A stretch of DNA of 64,000 nt, from positions 17,236,001-17,300,000 of the forward strand of contig CP158635.1 in NCBI GenBank assembly GCA_050273025.1. The letters run 5' to 3'. How positions within the stretch are numbered: position 1 is the stretch's first letter; the number at the start of each line of letters is the position of its first letter. This DNA is from Cenococcum geophilum. Taxonomy: Eukaryota. A program made the position numbers and the translations under genes. The notes beneath the pieces were generated by a model. The model searched no databases and was not told the origin of the DNA. It worked only from the letters and a program-made list of their open reading frames with translations. Positions 27,701 through 41,300 of the stretch are shown here, piece after piece.

Positions 27701-30700
27701 AGACCCTTAAAGGAATTTAAGGACAATACCTAAATTTATAAGTTAATTAGTAAGATTAGCAGTTTAAAGCGCTAATAGATAGTGGAGTAACGCGGAACTA
27801 TATCTTACTAGTAGTAGTTAAGAGAATAAGATTACCTTATAGACAGAAGGAACAACCTTACCTATTAGTTACGATTTTAGGAGATCTAATAGCCTATAGA
27901 GGAGGGATTATTAATTTTAAAATAGGACCTATTTAGATAACCATTAAAGGGAGATAAATTAAGATGTCTTTTAATATCCTACCATTGGGACGGGATAAGG
28001 CAGTATTAGGCATGCCTTAGTTATAGGAATACAATCCAAAAATCAATTAAATTATAGGTTAGGTTAATATTAAAAATACTTAACGCTATAAGATGTGACA
28101 GTAAACTAAGTTAGTATAGTACTAAGTTAGAGTAATATATAAAGAGACTAAGCGAGGCTTAAGTTATATACTAAAGAGATACTATAAGTATAGTAAGAAA
28201 CTATAGTTACCGGAAAGTAAAAAGCTGGCAAATTATATAGTATAGGACTATAAGATAGAGTTAGAACCGGAAATAAGTCTAAGGTTTTTTCTAACCTATA
28301 AGCTTACTTAAGAGGAGGCAAGCGCACTTAAAGAGTTTGTCTAAGAAAACTTACGAAAGGGATATATTAGACTATCGCAGTTATTAGCGGGATATCTAGT
28401 ACTATTCGTACTAAAGAAAAATGGAAAGCTTAGGTTATATATTAACTATAGATAGTTAAATAGCATTACTCGGAAGGATAGGTATTCTTTACCCTTAATT
28501 AGCGAAATCTAGGATTGGATAGATAACGCGTAAATCTTTATAAAGATAGATCTAAGATAGGCATACTATTAGATTAGAATCAAGGAAGGCGATAAATAAA
28601 AGGCAGCCTTTAGGTCAAGAGAAGGACTATATAAGCTATTAGTTATACAATTCGGATTAATAAATACACCTATAACGTTTTAGAAACGAATTAATAGCGT
28701 ATTAGGAGAACACCTTAATGAGTTTATTATAGTATACCTTAACGATATTATTATCTACTTAATAACTAAGAAAGAATATGGAGAATACGTTAAATAGGTC
28801 TTAAGGAGACTATAGGAAGAATAGATACTAGTAGTAATTGAGAAGTGTAAGTTCTTTACCAGGAAGACCGACTTTGTTAGATTTATTATTAAACTAGGTT
28901 ATATTAGTATAGACCTAAAAAAAATTGAAGCTATAGTGAGTTAGCAAGAACTAGAGAATGTGACGCAGTTAAGGTTATTTTTAGGGTTTTGCAACTACTA
29001 CAGAAGGTTTATAGTATAATAGTTAAAGAATATTAAACTATTTACTAGGCTTATAAAGAAAGAGAAACTATAGGTATAGGGAGATAAATAAAGAAAGTTG
29101 TTTAAGAAACTTAAGGAGTTATTTACCTAAGAGCTAATCCTTAAGATCTATTAACTAGGACTAGATACGGTTGTAAAAACGGACGTATTAGACTACGTAC
29201 TAGGAGTATATTTACTATAAAAGTATAAGGACGTATAGCATCCAGTAGCATACTATAGTAGAAAGATAACACTACCAGAGTTAAACTATAACGTTTATAA
29301 TAAGGAGTTATTAGGTATAATTATAGCACTTAAGGAATAGAGAGCATTCTTACAAGGCGCAGAGAAACTATTTATAGTTAAGACGGATTATAAGAACCTA
29401 ATAGGGTTTTTAATAATAAAAGAACTTAATTAGAGATAGGTTATATGGGTAGAGATGCTTACAGAATACCATTTTAAGATTTAGTATACTAAGGGAACTG
29501 AAAATGTAAGAGTAGACGCACTTAGTAGAAAAGCTAAACTATAAAATAATGAGAAACTATTAGGAGCAATACTACGCAGAGATAAGGATGGATTAATCAG
29601 ATACAATTACCTAAAACTAGCAGTAACTTAAGAGGATAACGAACTAAGAAGAGTCTATAAGATACTAGGAAGCTTTTAGGCATAAAGAATTCTAAAGGCA
29701 TAGCTAGAAGATCCATAAATGGATATATACGAAAATCAAAAAGTAAAGTATATCCTAAAAAGCATAGCAGAGTATTTTATAGAAGATTTCTATAAGGAAA
29801 TAACTTAAGGACATAATAGGGCAACAGGCTTAGTGTTAAGACTTTAAGAAGAATATATTATTAACGGAATCTGGAATATTATAAGAAAAGTAATAAAGGA
29901 ATATTTAGATTGCTAAAGGAATAAATTAATAAGGCATAAGCTATATAGAGGGCTATAACCTATTAAAATACTAGAAAGACCATAGGAAGTTATATTATGG
30001 GACTTTATTATTAAGTTACTAAAGTTAAGAGACCCTATTACCAGATAAGATCACGACGTAATCTTAGTAATAGTAGATAAGCTTATAAAGTGGGGATACT
30101 TTATAGCATATATAGAAGAAATATTAGCGGAAGATATTGCTAGAATCTATATTAAAGAAGTGTTTGTACAATATAGAGTACTAAGTAAAATTATATCGGA
30201 TAGAGATCTAAGATTTATAGCAGCATTTTAGAAAGTATTTTTAGTAGAGTAAGGAGTTTAAGCAGTAACTTCTACCGTATATTATCTATAGACAGACGGT
30301 TAAATGGAAAGATTAAATTAGATGCTAAAACAGTATCTAAGATATTATATCAATTATATATAGAAAAATTAGGTATTGCTATTACTAGTTATATAGTTTG
30401 TATATAATATAACACTACAGAAAGGAATAGGCATATCACTATTTAAGGCAAATTATGGATATAAGCTAAGAATATCGTTATTACTATAGTAAGCAAAGAA
30501 AATAAGTAGCACAGCTAAAAAAAGAATAAAGATACTAATAAATCTTTATATAGACCTTATAGAATTAGTAAAAAGGGTATAAAAGAGAATAAAAAAGTAC
30601 TATAATGCTAAGAGATCTAAGGGACTAGATCTTAAGGAGGGAGATAAAGTATAGCTATTATATAAAAATTTTAAGAGTTAATAATTAAGTAAGAAGTTGG

Positions 30701-31100
30701 ACCACGTTAGGCTAAGACCTTTTAAAATTATATAGAGGATTTTACCGGTTATATTTAAGTTAAACCTATTAGCTAAGATAAAGATCTACCCTATATAGCA
30801 TATCGCAATACTAAAGCCAGCACACAGGAATATTAAGCTACTAGTTTACAAAGCAGACACGTATAGAGGATAAAAAGAAGACAAATAGCAAGTTTTAAAG
30901 ATTATTAGTTATAAGGACATTAACGATAAAATATAGTATAAGGTTAAGTAGATAGGCTATACTAAGACTACCTAGAAGCCACTAGAGAATTTAAAGAATG
31001 CTATAAGAAAGGTATAGGAGTATTGGAAAAGATTAGGTTAGGTAGCATTAATAAAAAAGGATTACTAAAGAATAAGTCACCTAAGGGGGACCTAAGAAGA
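24706..31100 (+). pseudogene. gag-pol of G4 (Gag-CCHC, PR, RT, RNase H, IN, chromodomain), many RIP stops; end approximate
   Basis: CINCGKQGHYARDC near 25708; ALVDSGATRNYI near 27770; YLDD near 28735; YYSRK..PELNY..KELL near 29250; chromodomain ..YEVKW.GY.ETTWEPLENL near 30875-31000. Confidence 0.9.
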
Positions 31101-31652
31101 GTAGTTACTGAACTACTTAGATTTGTTTCCTTCTCTATTAGAAGAGAATCCGTTTTTTTATTACTAAGTTCCTATAAACCTTATTCTATAAGTTTCTACT
31201 TTTTAAAACGGACCTTTTTACAAACTTTCTTAAGACGGAGTAACCGAGCGGACGCCGCAATACGGGCTTTAAGAGCCTTCTACTCTATATCCTAAGAACG
31301 TTCTAACTTAGTAAGGGCTTAAGACAGTTTACTATCTAGCTAAGCAGTAGCAGATTAAATATAAGACCCTAAGATAAATTAGTTAAGAAACTAGACAACT
31401 ATTAAGAGTAATAAGTTACGTATATTTAGTATTAGAGATAGAGCAAACGTTATAAAACAAATAAATATTCGCTTTAGTGCACTCCGCGTAAAAGAACAGT
31501 TATCGCGAAGATGGACTCGCTAACGTAATATAAACTAACCCCTTTTTTAAACAGCGAGAATATAGAGACGGTATAATCTTACTAAGAGACAATATTGTAG
31601 CAATGGTATAAGACCAACGAGCTGTAGACGAAAAAGGAGGAGCCTTTAGTAT
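31001..31652 (-). pseudogene. RIP-damaged antisense Zn2Cys6-like plus coiled-coil gene of G4; exons 31652-31424 and 31368-31001
   Basis: Same structure as in G3 and G5. Cys2 (TGT) and Cys5 (TGC) codons intact. Intron (G)TACGT...ACTAAT...TAG. Confidence 0.78.
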
Positions 31653-32181
31653 AATAAGTAAAGATGTTAACCAAATTGATTAGACGGATATTATACCTCT
31701 AGTAAACGACTTAGAGATATTTAGGATCTTTAAGGACGAAGATAAAGAGGAGGGAGATAGTGTTACGGACGCTTTAAGTACAATATTACGACTACTTAGA
31801 GAGGAGTCGGAAGAAGCTAGTTAGTTAATTTAGGTATAGTCTAAGATAGAGTCGGTAGAGCTATATAATAAGAAATAGTAACTAAGGTTATATAATATAA
31901 TCTATATAATCTGTAGGATCTATATAATCCGTAATAGAGTAGATAGAGTATACGTACCTTACGTATAAAGGGGATTTCTTAGGAGTATAGTTGTGTATTT
32001 AAAGGACCACAGTCCCTACCTAGATAGTTCTCTCCTTTGTAGTGAATCTTAGAATATAATTAAAGTTAATCTATTAGGCAACCACTCTACCAGTTATTAT
32101 TACGTTGTTAACTTCTTATTTACCTACATACCTAGCCTATTAACAAGTCCACCGTAGTTCCTACTATAAGGCTTCGTTATA

Positions 32182-32929
32182 ACTATAAAGAAATTATATA
32201 TAAATTTAAGTATCTTAAATCGTAAGGGTTTAGAATTCGGGACTACAATCTTCTATTAATAGTATAACCAATTATTATATATTTTATATTTAGCGAGTGT
32301 AATATCCTTATATTACCGTTTCCCTATTTAAATCGCTTTTATTATATTTACTATCTAAGGGTTATTTTTATATTTATGCTCTATTAATTTATTAATTTCC
32401 GATTTATTCCTATTAAGCTTTATATTTAAAAATATAGGGCGTAGTTTCTTAAAGCGTTTAGGGGGTAATAGAATTTATAATTAATTTATAATCTCTTTAT
32501 TAAAAGCGTTTGTAGGTAAGTCCTATAATTATTATATTAATAAATTAGACTTTTAATTAAGTTTACTAGGTTAATATATAATCTTAAAGTTAAATTATAA
32601 AAGGTATTCGGCCTAATAAATTTAACGTTATATTAATTGCTTTATAGTTATAAAATACTATAGGTTTTTATAGTCCGTTAATACGCGTATTAGGAATAAT
32701 ACTCCTTTAAGTTCTAAACGCTATTATTTAAAGCATCTAATAATTATAAGTAGTTCCTTATTATATATCTTATAGTTTAATTTAGTAGGGGTAAGTTTCT
32801 AGGAGAGAAAGGCTACTAGGCGTAGCTAGCCGTTCTTATTATATTATAATAATACTCCTTCTAGTATATAATTAGACGAGTTTATTTTAATAATATATTT
32901 AAGTCTAGATTAAAGTAGGTAAGAATTAA
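32182..32929 (-). pseudogene. Older Gypsy family C, fragment 2: RNase H / linker
   Basis: De-RIP SSDYVLGGVLSQ..ENGQLRPVAFLSRKL.PAE.NYEIYDKELLAI. Confidence 0.85.
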
Positions 32930-35691
32930 TAATAATAATAATAATTTATTGCTTAACGTCCGATTTAGATCTCTATTGGGCCCATACGGACTACTCCTTA
33001 TTTACATATAGGGAGAAAACTCAACTTAAGAAAGACTCAACTTGAGAAAACCCCGTAATCTATCTCCCTACCTCTTAGGACTCGCCTATAAAGCGCCTGT
33101 AAGGCGCCTATAAGTTACCTATAGTGCTCCTACTACCTTACTTTTTAACCTCTTTAGGAACTACTGCTGCCGTAACTAGCCTACGGATGCGCTAGTATTG
33201 GATACTTTACTCTGCTACTATAGAGTTATTAGGGGGCGCCCATTGCTCGCCCCTCCCACCCTTTATTGTTATTTCCTTTATAACCCAGAACTGGTTTAGT
33301 ACATTTTAGCTAATAAGCTACTAGGTAACCGCCTTAAGGCCTTTTTATATTAAGAGCAGTATCTTATAGTTCTTTATGCTAGTTACTAAGAGCATTACTT
33401 CTTAGTTAGTGCGTAAGGGGTATAATAGTATTACGTGTTTTAGTGTCTGTCTTAGCCAGCTATATTCGCATCTTAAGCTATCTACTAAGATACCTACCTA
33501 ATAGAGCTAGTCTTTTAGTCCTATTATTCCTATTCTTAAGAGCGTTGCTATTATATTTTCTGCCTTTATTAGGCCTTTTTAGAGCCCTAGGGTGTCTACC
33601 CCCTATAGCGTTAACTATGCTACGGCTTAGGTTCCTCTTACCTTAGTTAGCCTCTGTACCTTTAACTCCTATACACCTCTCTAGCGTTAGTCTAGCTAGT
33701 ATTGCATTGCGGTAGATAGTTTCCTAGCGTTTTTTCATGCTCTACTTTGGCTTCTTTCTCTCTCTTACTATTGTTCTTACTAGCCTTTTATATATTTTCC
33801 TTTCTCCTCTATATAGGCCTGGGCCCTAAAGCAGCACTATTTTTCTTCTACTTTCTTTACCTGTTTCTCTAATATATCTTCCCTACTTTAGGGTTATTAG
33901 TTTATTCTCCTATAAGGCGCCCTAGGGTCCCTCTATAGTTTATTTAGGCGTGTCTTAATATACTTTATAATATTAGAGTTGCGTTCCTTTTACGCCCTTT
34001 ATATTATAGCGGCTTTAATATATAGTTATAGGGGGGGAATATTAACTTCCTTCTTAAGCAGAGCTATGGCCGTTTGCTTATATCCGCCTATTATACTCTA
34101 AAGGTAGGCTGTTTAGACCTTTTGGAGTAGTTTAAGGAGCGATTTAGGGGGGCCTTTCTTAGATTCTCTAATGGCCCAGATACTAGACCTATATGTTATG
34201 GTTAGCTAGACAACTGCTATATATAGTAGGCGTAACCTCTAAAAGCATGGACCCTATATGGAATTAATAATCCTAGATAATATAATGTACTATACTTAGC
34301 CCTTACGGGCCGCTTACGCCATATATACGCTCCACTGGAGCTTACTATCTACCTATACTCCTAATACTCTTAGGCCCTAAACTAGTTAACCCCTAAAGCC
34401 TTAGATATAAATTATGTGCTAGAGATCTATAGATTGGTTGCGTTTTCTTATAAAATAGATTAGCTGGTATTTCTTTAGTGAGAATTAGACTTTATATCGT
34501 CTTGCCTATTCTATATAGGTGTTATATACTTTCTCTAGTATTCTACAATTCTCTACGGCTGTTAGCCCGTATATAATTAGGTTTATATTATTAATAAAGC
34601 CTATCCTCTAAGTTGCCCCTTTCTTAAAGGAGTTAAGCAAGTTGCTTATAAAGAAAAGGAAGAGTATAGGCGAGAGGGGTAATCCTTGTGGTATTCCTGT
34701 TGTAACTATAATAGGGGGGCTTTAGTATCCACTAAAGACTAGTAATATTTCTTTTTAACCTATAAACCCTTAAATACATTATATAATCTATTCTGGGAAG
34801 CCTTTTACCCTAAGGATATATAGGAGACGCTTATAGGGTATATTATTATAGGCGCCACTAATATCTAGGCTAAGCATTAATACTACGAAGTCCCTTTATA
34901 TCGCCTATGCAGATTTAATAGTAGTAGCGAGTAGCGTAAGTACTAATAGTGTTAAGCGGTTCTTTCTTGCCCCTATTTAGCTTTATAGTAGTAGGGCGTG
35001 TTTCTTAGCCGTGTCTACTATATAGTCCGCTATTACCCTTTCTAAGATCTTACTAAGGGTATTCTTTAAGGTAATAGGGCGGTAGCTTTCTGGGAGTGAG
35101 TAGTCTGCTTTGCCTTTTTTACGTAGGATAAACGTTATTATAGCTCTTCCGAGTTTTGGGTAGTAGCCTATTATAAAGTATACTCTAGCTATATCCGCAA
35201 GCCAAGGTGCTATTAGTGGTCCGCAGGTCTTTAGGGCTTTATTTAGGATCCTATCTGGTCCTAATACTATATTGTTTAAAAGGCGGCTAATAGTTCTAGC
35301 TATTTCTTTAGTTGTTATATTACTGTTAACCCTTAGGCAAGTCACCAGTGCTTCGCCTATAATATTACTAAAGTCTACTAAAGCTGGTTAAGGAAAAAAT
35401 CTTTCTATAAGGATCTTTACCTTCTTATTATTGTCGCTTATAGCTAGTAATTTACCTAGTTTTTGTAGGGGCGAAAGGTATGGGTCTTCTACTAGACGTC
35501 CCGCCTTTTTCTTTGCCTATTTCGCTATCCTTTAAAGACCTTTATTATGGGGGAGGCTCGGGTTAATAGTATGCTTATTTATAAACCGTCTCCAGCTATT
35601 CCTTACTTCTTTTTTTAGGGTATTCTTTAGCTAGTTTCTTGTGTCTTTATATTATCTCTCGTCTTTAGGATTATAGCTGCTTGTATATTTT
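32930..35691 (-). mobile_element. 5'-truncated Tad1-like LINE (RT and 3' end)
   Basis: Reverse complement of ~14862-17600; (TAA)n tail at left; TSD TAGGTAAGAATTAA (32916-32929 / 35693-35706). ORF 34983-35345 is an RT fragment. Confidence 0.93.
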
Positions 35692-36879
35692 ATAGGTAAG
35701 AATTAAAGTAGTTATAAAACGATATTTTAAGTTATTAAAAACTTATTTATATTTAGTAGTCTATTTAAATCTTATATTCTTCCTTATTAAGTTTACTAAT
35801 AGTTAAATAATTTTTAAGAAGTAATTAATAAATTAATAACAGAAATTTGCGAATCCTAGAAATCCTTAGATATTTTATATACTACTAGGACTTTCCTAGT
35901 TTATAATTGCAGCGATTTTCTTAGGGTCTATTTAATTCCATTATAGGATATAATTAGGCCTAAATATATAACTTTAGATGCGTGGAACTTATATTTCTTA
36001 ATATTATATTATAAGCCTATGTCTTATAGGCGTTTAAGGACTATTTAGATATACTTTTAGTACTTAGAAAGTAAAGATAAATAGATTAATATATTATTAA
36101 TATACGCAGTAATAAATATATTAAGGAATTTGCGAAGTGTATTATTAATATATTACTAAAATATACCGGGACCGTTTTTTATACTAAACGGCATTACTAG
36201 GTATTTAAAAAGTCCCTATTATATACAGAAAGCTATATACTTCTTATCTCCTTTATAAATACAGATTTAATTAAAGGCAGCGACTACGTTAAGCTTTATA
36301 AAGTATTATACTTTTACTAAGCAGTTAAGCGTTTCTTAAAGTAGAGAAATTAGATATTGGTTTTAAATTATAATTATATTTAGGGCTTAATAATTAATAT
36401 AGAACCTTAAGCCTTCTTTAGGTTTTTTAATGAATAGTATAGGTAAGGTAAATAGTAATTAACTAGGGCGAATAAATTTTTCCCTAGGTACTCTTTAAGG
36501 TATTATTATATTATAAGCAGCTCTTCTTATAATATACCGTATAACGGGCCAAACTTTAGCGTTATACTAGGTTTAAGTTTTATTTTAAAATTGTGCTTAT
36601 CTTAATACGGGGGTAGTTAGTTTATAAATTATTTCTTAAACGTATTAATTAAATCGTAATATTCTTTAGGTATAAGAGGTTAGAGGTTAATATATTGCTT
36701 TAGTTCTAATACCTTCTTAATATCTTTTAGTATTATAGTAAAGATCCTATAATCTTGTTTTCTTGCTAATAAATAAAAGGGTGCGGCTTATATTATATAA
36801 ATTTTAAGGGGTTTTAATATATTACCTTCGCGTTCTTTACCGCGATTAGTAGTTATAACTTTATTATATTGGTTTAAGG
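35692..36879 (-). pseudogene. Older Gypsy family C, fragment 3: reverse transcriptase
   Basis: De-RIP IRPS.SPFASPVLFVKKP.GGLRFCVDYRALN.ITIKNRYP, YLVMPF, AYIDDILIY. Confidence 0.87.
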
Positions 36880-38348
36880 TGTTGGTTATATAAGGGGATA
36901 TTACGTAGCTACGGTTTGTAGATAGTATAATAATTGTTCTTTTATATATTAGGGAGGGCAAGGAGCTTAAGGCTCCTCGCCACGCTACTACCGCGGCGAT
37001 ACGTGACGGCAACTTGCCGCACGTAACGGCAACTTGCCACCCGTAATGGCAATTTGCCTTATATAGTAACCACTTGCCTTTATTCCCAACACTAGCAACT
37101 CTTCTTTTATAGTTGCTATCTATATATATATATATACCGCTTAACTAGCGTAGTAAATATTAATCCTTTTTACTTACTATTGCCATTATAATATAAGTCT
37201 CGCTATCCTAAAATTTGCCTCTTAGCATATAGTACTTTCTTACTTAGGAGTTATAGGTAGATATCTTATTTAAAGGGCCACTAAGGCGCTAGTAGTAAGT
37301 AAGCCAATAGCAATTTTCTATCCCAGGGATGAAAAATCCTAATTAGCTAGGTTAAGTTAGGGTCTATAGAATATTATACTCTAAAAAGTTTTAGTAAGAG
37401 AATCTAACTAATTAGATAACTTTAACCGCTGGTTAAAGTTCCTAGATATCTTAAGACCTTATATAACTAAGAAATTTCTAGGGACTTCCTTTTAACCTAA
37501 CCTTTAACTTATATATATAAAGTATTTATATTAATAAACGTCTCTAATACCTTATTTAGGTTTGCCTTTATTATTATATCTACTAGGTTATCTTAGCTAT
37601 TAATTTATTAAATCTTAAAGAGTTTTTAACGCTTATAGGATTACTAAAGTACTATAATATTAATTATAAGGCACTTCCTTTTTATAGTATTAAGCTTAAC
37701 TAAACACTTATAGAGGGAATATAAGTTAGTGTATATAATTATAGGGATAATAGAAAGTTTAAGTTAATCTATAATTATCTTTAGGGTAGTTCTAATTATA
37801 ATTATTATATTAACTCCGCTAACTATTCTATATATCTCTAACGCTAAAACACTTTAGGTAATGCGCTTGCTCTTAATTAAGCTCTAATAAATAAGATTGC
37901 TATAGATTATAAAGTTATTCTCTTTAGTAAATTTATTTGTAATAATAATTTTATATCCTAACTAGGAGCTAAAATCTTTATTATTTATAAACAATCTATT
38001 AATAAATATAAAGAGCTTAGTAGTAGGAAGATTAATAGGTATATAAAGTAGTCCCTAATTAAAATAGTTTATTTACTAGAAAAGACGCTTATTTAGGGTA
38101 AGGATATTATCCTTAGTTAATTCCTAGTATTAGATAGCAACAGAGAGATTAAATAAAGCCTTAGGTTAATAGATAGAAGTAATATAAACTTCGCAAGCGC
38201 GTTACTCCATATATCCTTACTTTAGAGAATTAGCGTTAATAACGTTAATCTTTTTACCTTAACCCTTCTAGCGTAGAGCAATAGAATCCTTGTTTAGGGA
38301 GAGGATGCATCTATTAAAAAGTAATAGTATTATTAAACTAAGCTTTTC

Positions 38349-41300
38349 TGTTGGGAATAAAGGTAAGTGGTCACTATATGAGGTATATTGCCACTACGTA
38401 TGGCAAGTTGCCGTTACGTGCGGCAAGTTGCCGTCACGTGCCGCCGCGGCACTAGCGTAGTGAGGAACCTTAAGTTCCTTACCCCTTTCTTTAAGAATTA
38501 ATAATAAGAATAACAATTATTATACTATCTATAAACTATAGCTATATGATATCCCCTTATATAACTAATACTAATTAGTGGTTAACTTTACTATTATACT
38601 ATAGAGCAGCTAGGTATTCCACTAAGAAGAGATAAGCCACTATACTAGTGCTACTTGTGCTAAAGGAAGCTGTCTTTTAAGGTTAGAACTGGTTCTAAAC
38701 CTTAAATAGAACTCTTCCACGAATCTAAGGATTTAAAGGCTAGAACTAGTCTTAAGCCTTTCTAAGATTATAGATTCTTGCATCTATTACGCAGAATAAT
38801 ACGCTTTATAAGTCTTTGTAATTTAAGGCTAGAACTAGTTTTAAGCCTTATAATCGCAAATATATGTTACGAACGCGTACTAAATAATAAATATATATTA
38901 CAAACGCGTACTAAATAATAATCCCTACGCCAATAACACTTCCCTCCCTCTAAAAATATGGCTATGCCTACTTTAAACGACTAGGAAGACTCCTTACTAC
39001 TAGGGGTAGCTTTATACGCGAAACTTATTAATAAAAATTAGAATGAATTTACCTTTAATATAATAACTTATACCGTAAAATAAGTTAATAGCTTTCTTCT
39101 ACACTATATTATATTCTACTAAAGTAAATACTACGCTGATATATAGCTATAGGAATATTTTAGGAAGGATTTTATAGGATAGACCGCTAATACCTAGGCA
39201 CTTAGTAATATTAATATTGTTTAGGATTTTTAAGACTTTTTTTTATAGGAACGGGGTATACGTTACTAAGAATAGTAACCTAATTACTAGTAATATTTAG
39301 GCCGTTATTACTAGTATAAAAGAACTAGTATAGACAAAAGCTAAGATTATATATTAACTATAAAAACCTAGAACTAACCTATATTCTTTAAAAGGCAATT
39401 TTAATTTGGAATAAAAACCCTAAAACGCTACTCTCCTACCTAAAGGTACTCTCCTACCTAGAGGTACTCGTCCTCTACCTCCGCCACCTTTAGCTCCTCT
39501 ACTCTAGCTAACTAGTAACCCTCTACTATAAGATGTTATAAATCTAATAAAGGTATATTTGGATAAAGAGAAGAAGTTTAGAGGAGAATTATATAATATA
39601 CTTAGAGTAAAACTATAGGTCTTCTATAACTGTTGTAATAAGGTTAGAATTTAATACTACTAGTACTACTATGCTTTCTCTATTATATTAAAGGGACGGG
39701 CAGTAATATTCTATTATAACTATATTATGGGTAAAAACTATAGCTTTAATATAATGCTTTAGCTTACTAGAGCCTATTTTAAGACTAATAAGAATTACTA
39801 ACTTTATATATCTAAATGGCGAGAGATTATATTTTAGAGAGTTATTGCTTCTAACCTAATAAAGACTTATTTAAAGTGCCTTTAACTACTCTTTAATAAA
39901 CTTTAGAAAATCTAATATGGACTTACTAAAACTTACTAAAATAAGAACAGCCTAAGGGACTAGGTTATCTTAGTATACTATAGCGTTTTTAAGTATAACT
40001 TAGCGCTATATAAACCTATAAATACGTTTAAAGGAGTATATACCAAGCTACGCTCTATTATAGGTACTATAATACAAATATAAGAATCTTAATAGCTTTA
40101 TACCAAAAACCCTACCTAACTAAGTATTCCTAACTAATATAATTATAACTAGACTAATTAAATATATAGCGGCCGTAGTAGGGAATACGGTAAAGGGTAT
40201 AATTAATATTAACTATAAGGTAATTATAGAGGTCCTTATAGAGGTTTATTTTAAAGTAATTGCTAGAAGAAGTGCTATATTTATAAGAAGCTAAATTACT
40301 AGTTAACTAGATACTCCCTTAATAAGTGAAAAGAGGTATTTAATAAGTTCCGTTAAAGTATAAGAAATATTAGAAATCGCGAGGTTACTATGGCCTACTT
40401 TTAAAGCTTTCTGGTTTAATATAAAGGCGTAGAAGATCTTAAGGGTAAGGTTAATAAAACTAAATAGCTCCTTATAGATATAGAAATTAAAAACTACTCT
40501 CCTAACTAATACTTTACTAAGTATGGTAAGGTAGATAGTATATAAACTATTACTATTCTTAATAACCAATCTACGCTCCATTCTATTATAAAGTTAAATA
40601 TCTTTAATAAGCTAAAGGAGAGCTCCGCGTTCTCCTTTAATAATAGATACTTAGTAAATATCTTCTATAGTATTATACTAGATACTAGAGCCGCAGGAGT
40701 ATCTATAGTAGAAGAACCTTAAGTTTAAGCCCTTTAGCAGCTTAATAACTCTGTTTAAATTAACTATTTAACGGCAGGCTAATATATGATTTGTTTTAGT
40801 AAGGGTACTATAATCTCTCTTAGCATAATTAGGGTTTAAACCCCCTTAGGATATATTACTTTCTATATTATTCCTATAAATACTCCGTTTCTATTTTATA
40901 TTAAAGATATAAATTAATTAGGTATTAGGCTTAATAACCTTAAAAATATACTTATTTAGGGAGATAATTAGGTGCCTATTATGCGCAAGTAGGGTTACCC
41001 CTAGTTACTTCTTTATTAACTAAAAAAGAGTATTGCTTAGAGCTACTTAACTAAGTTAGAATTACGCCAACTATACTATTGTTTTAGCCACCTATCTATT
41101 TATTAATTACTTAGGGTTCTTTAGTAAGTAGGCTATAAAGTTAAGGTTAAAGCAATTAAGCATTTTATAAAGTACTACTATTACTACTAAATAAACCAGA
41201 AGTCCCCTAGCCGATTTAAGTTTACCCTTAAAAATAACTATAACTTTAACTTCTATATTATCGTTAACGTTATATATCTTAGCAGTAAGCTAGTACTTTA

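Larger units (their letters stand above)
24267..32181 (+). mobile_element. Full-length Ty3/Gypsy chromovirus copy G4
   Basis: LTRs 24267-24664 and 31761-32181; TSD ACTAT (24262-24266 / 32182-32186); PPT at 31746-31760. Confidence 0.96.
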
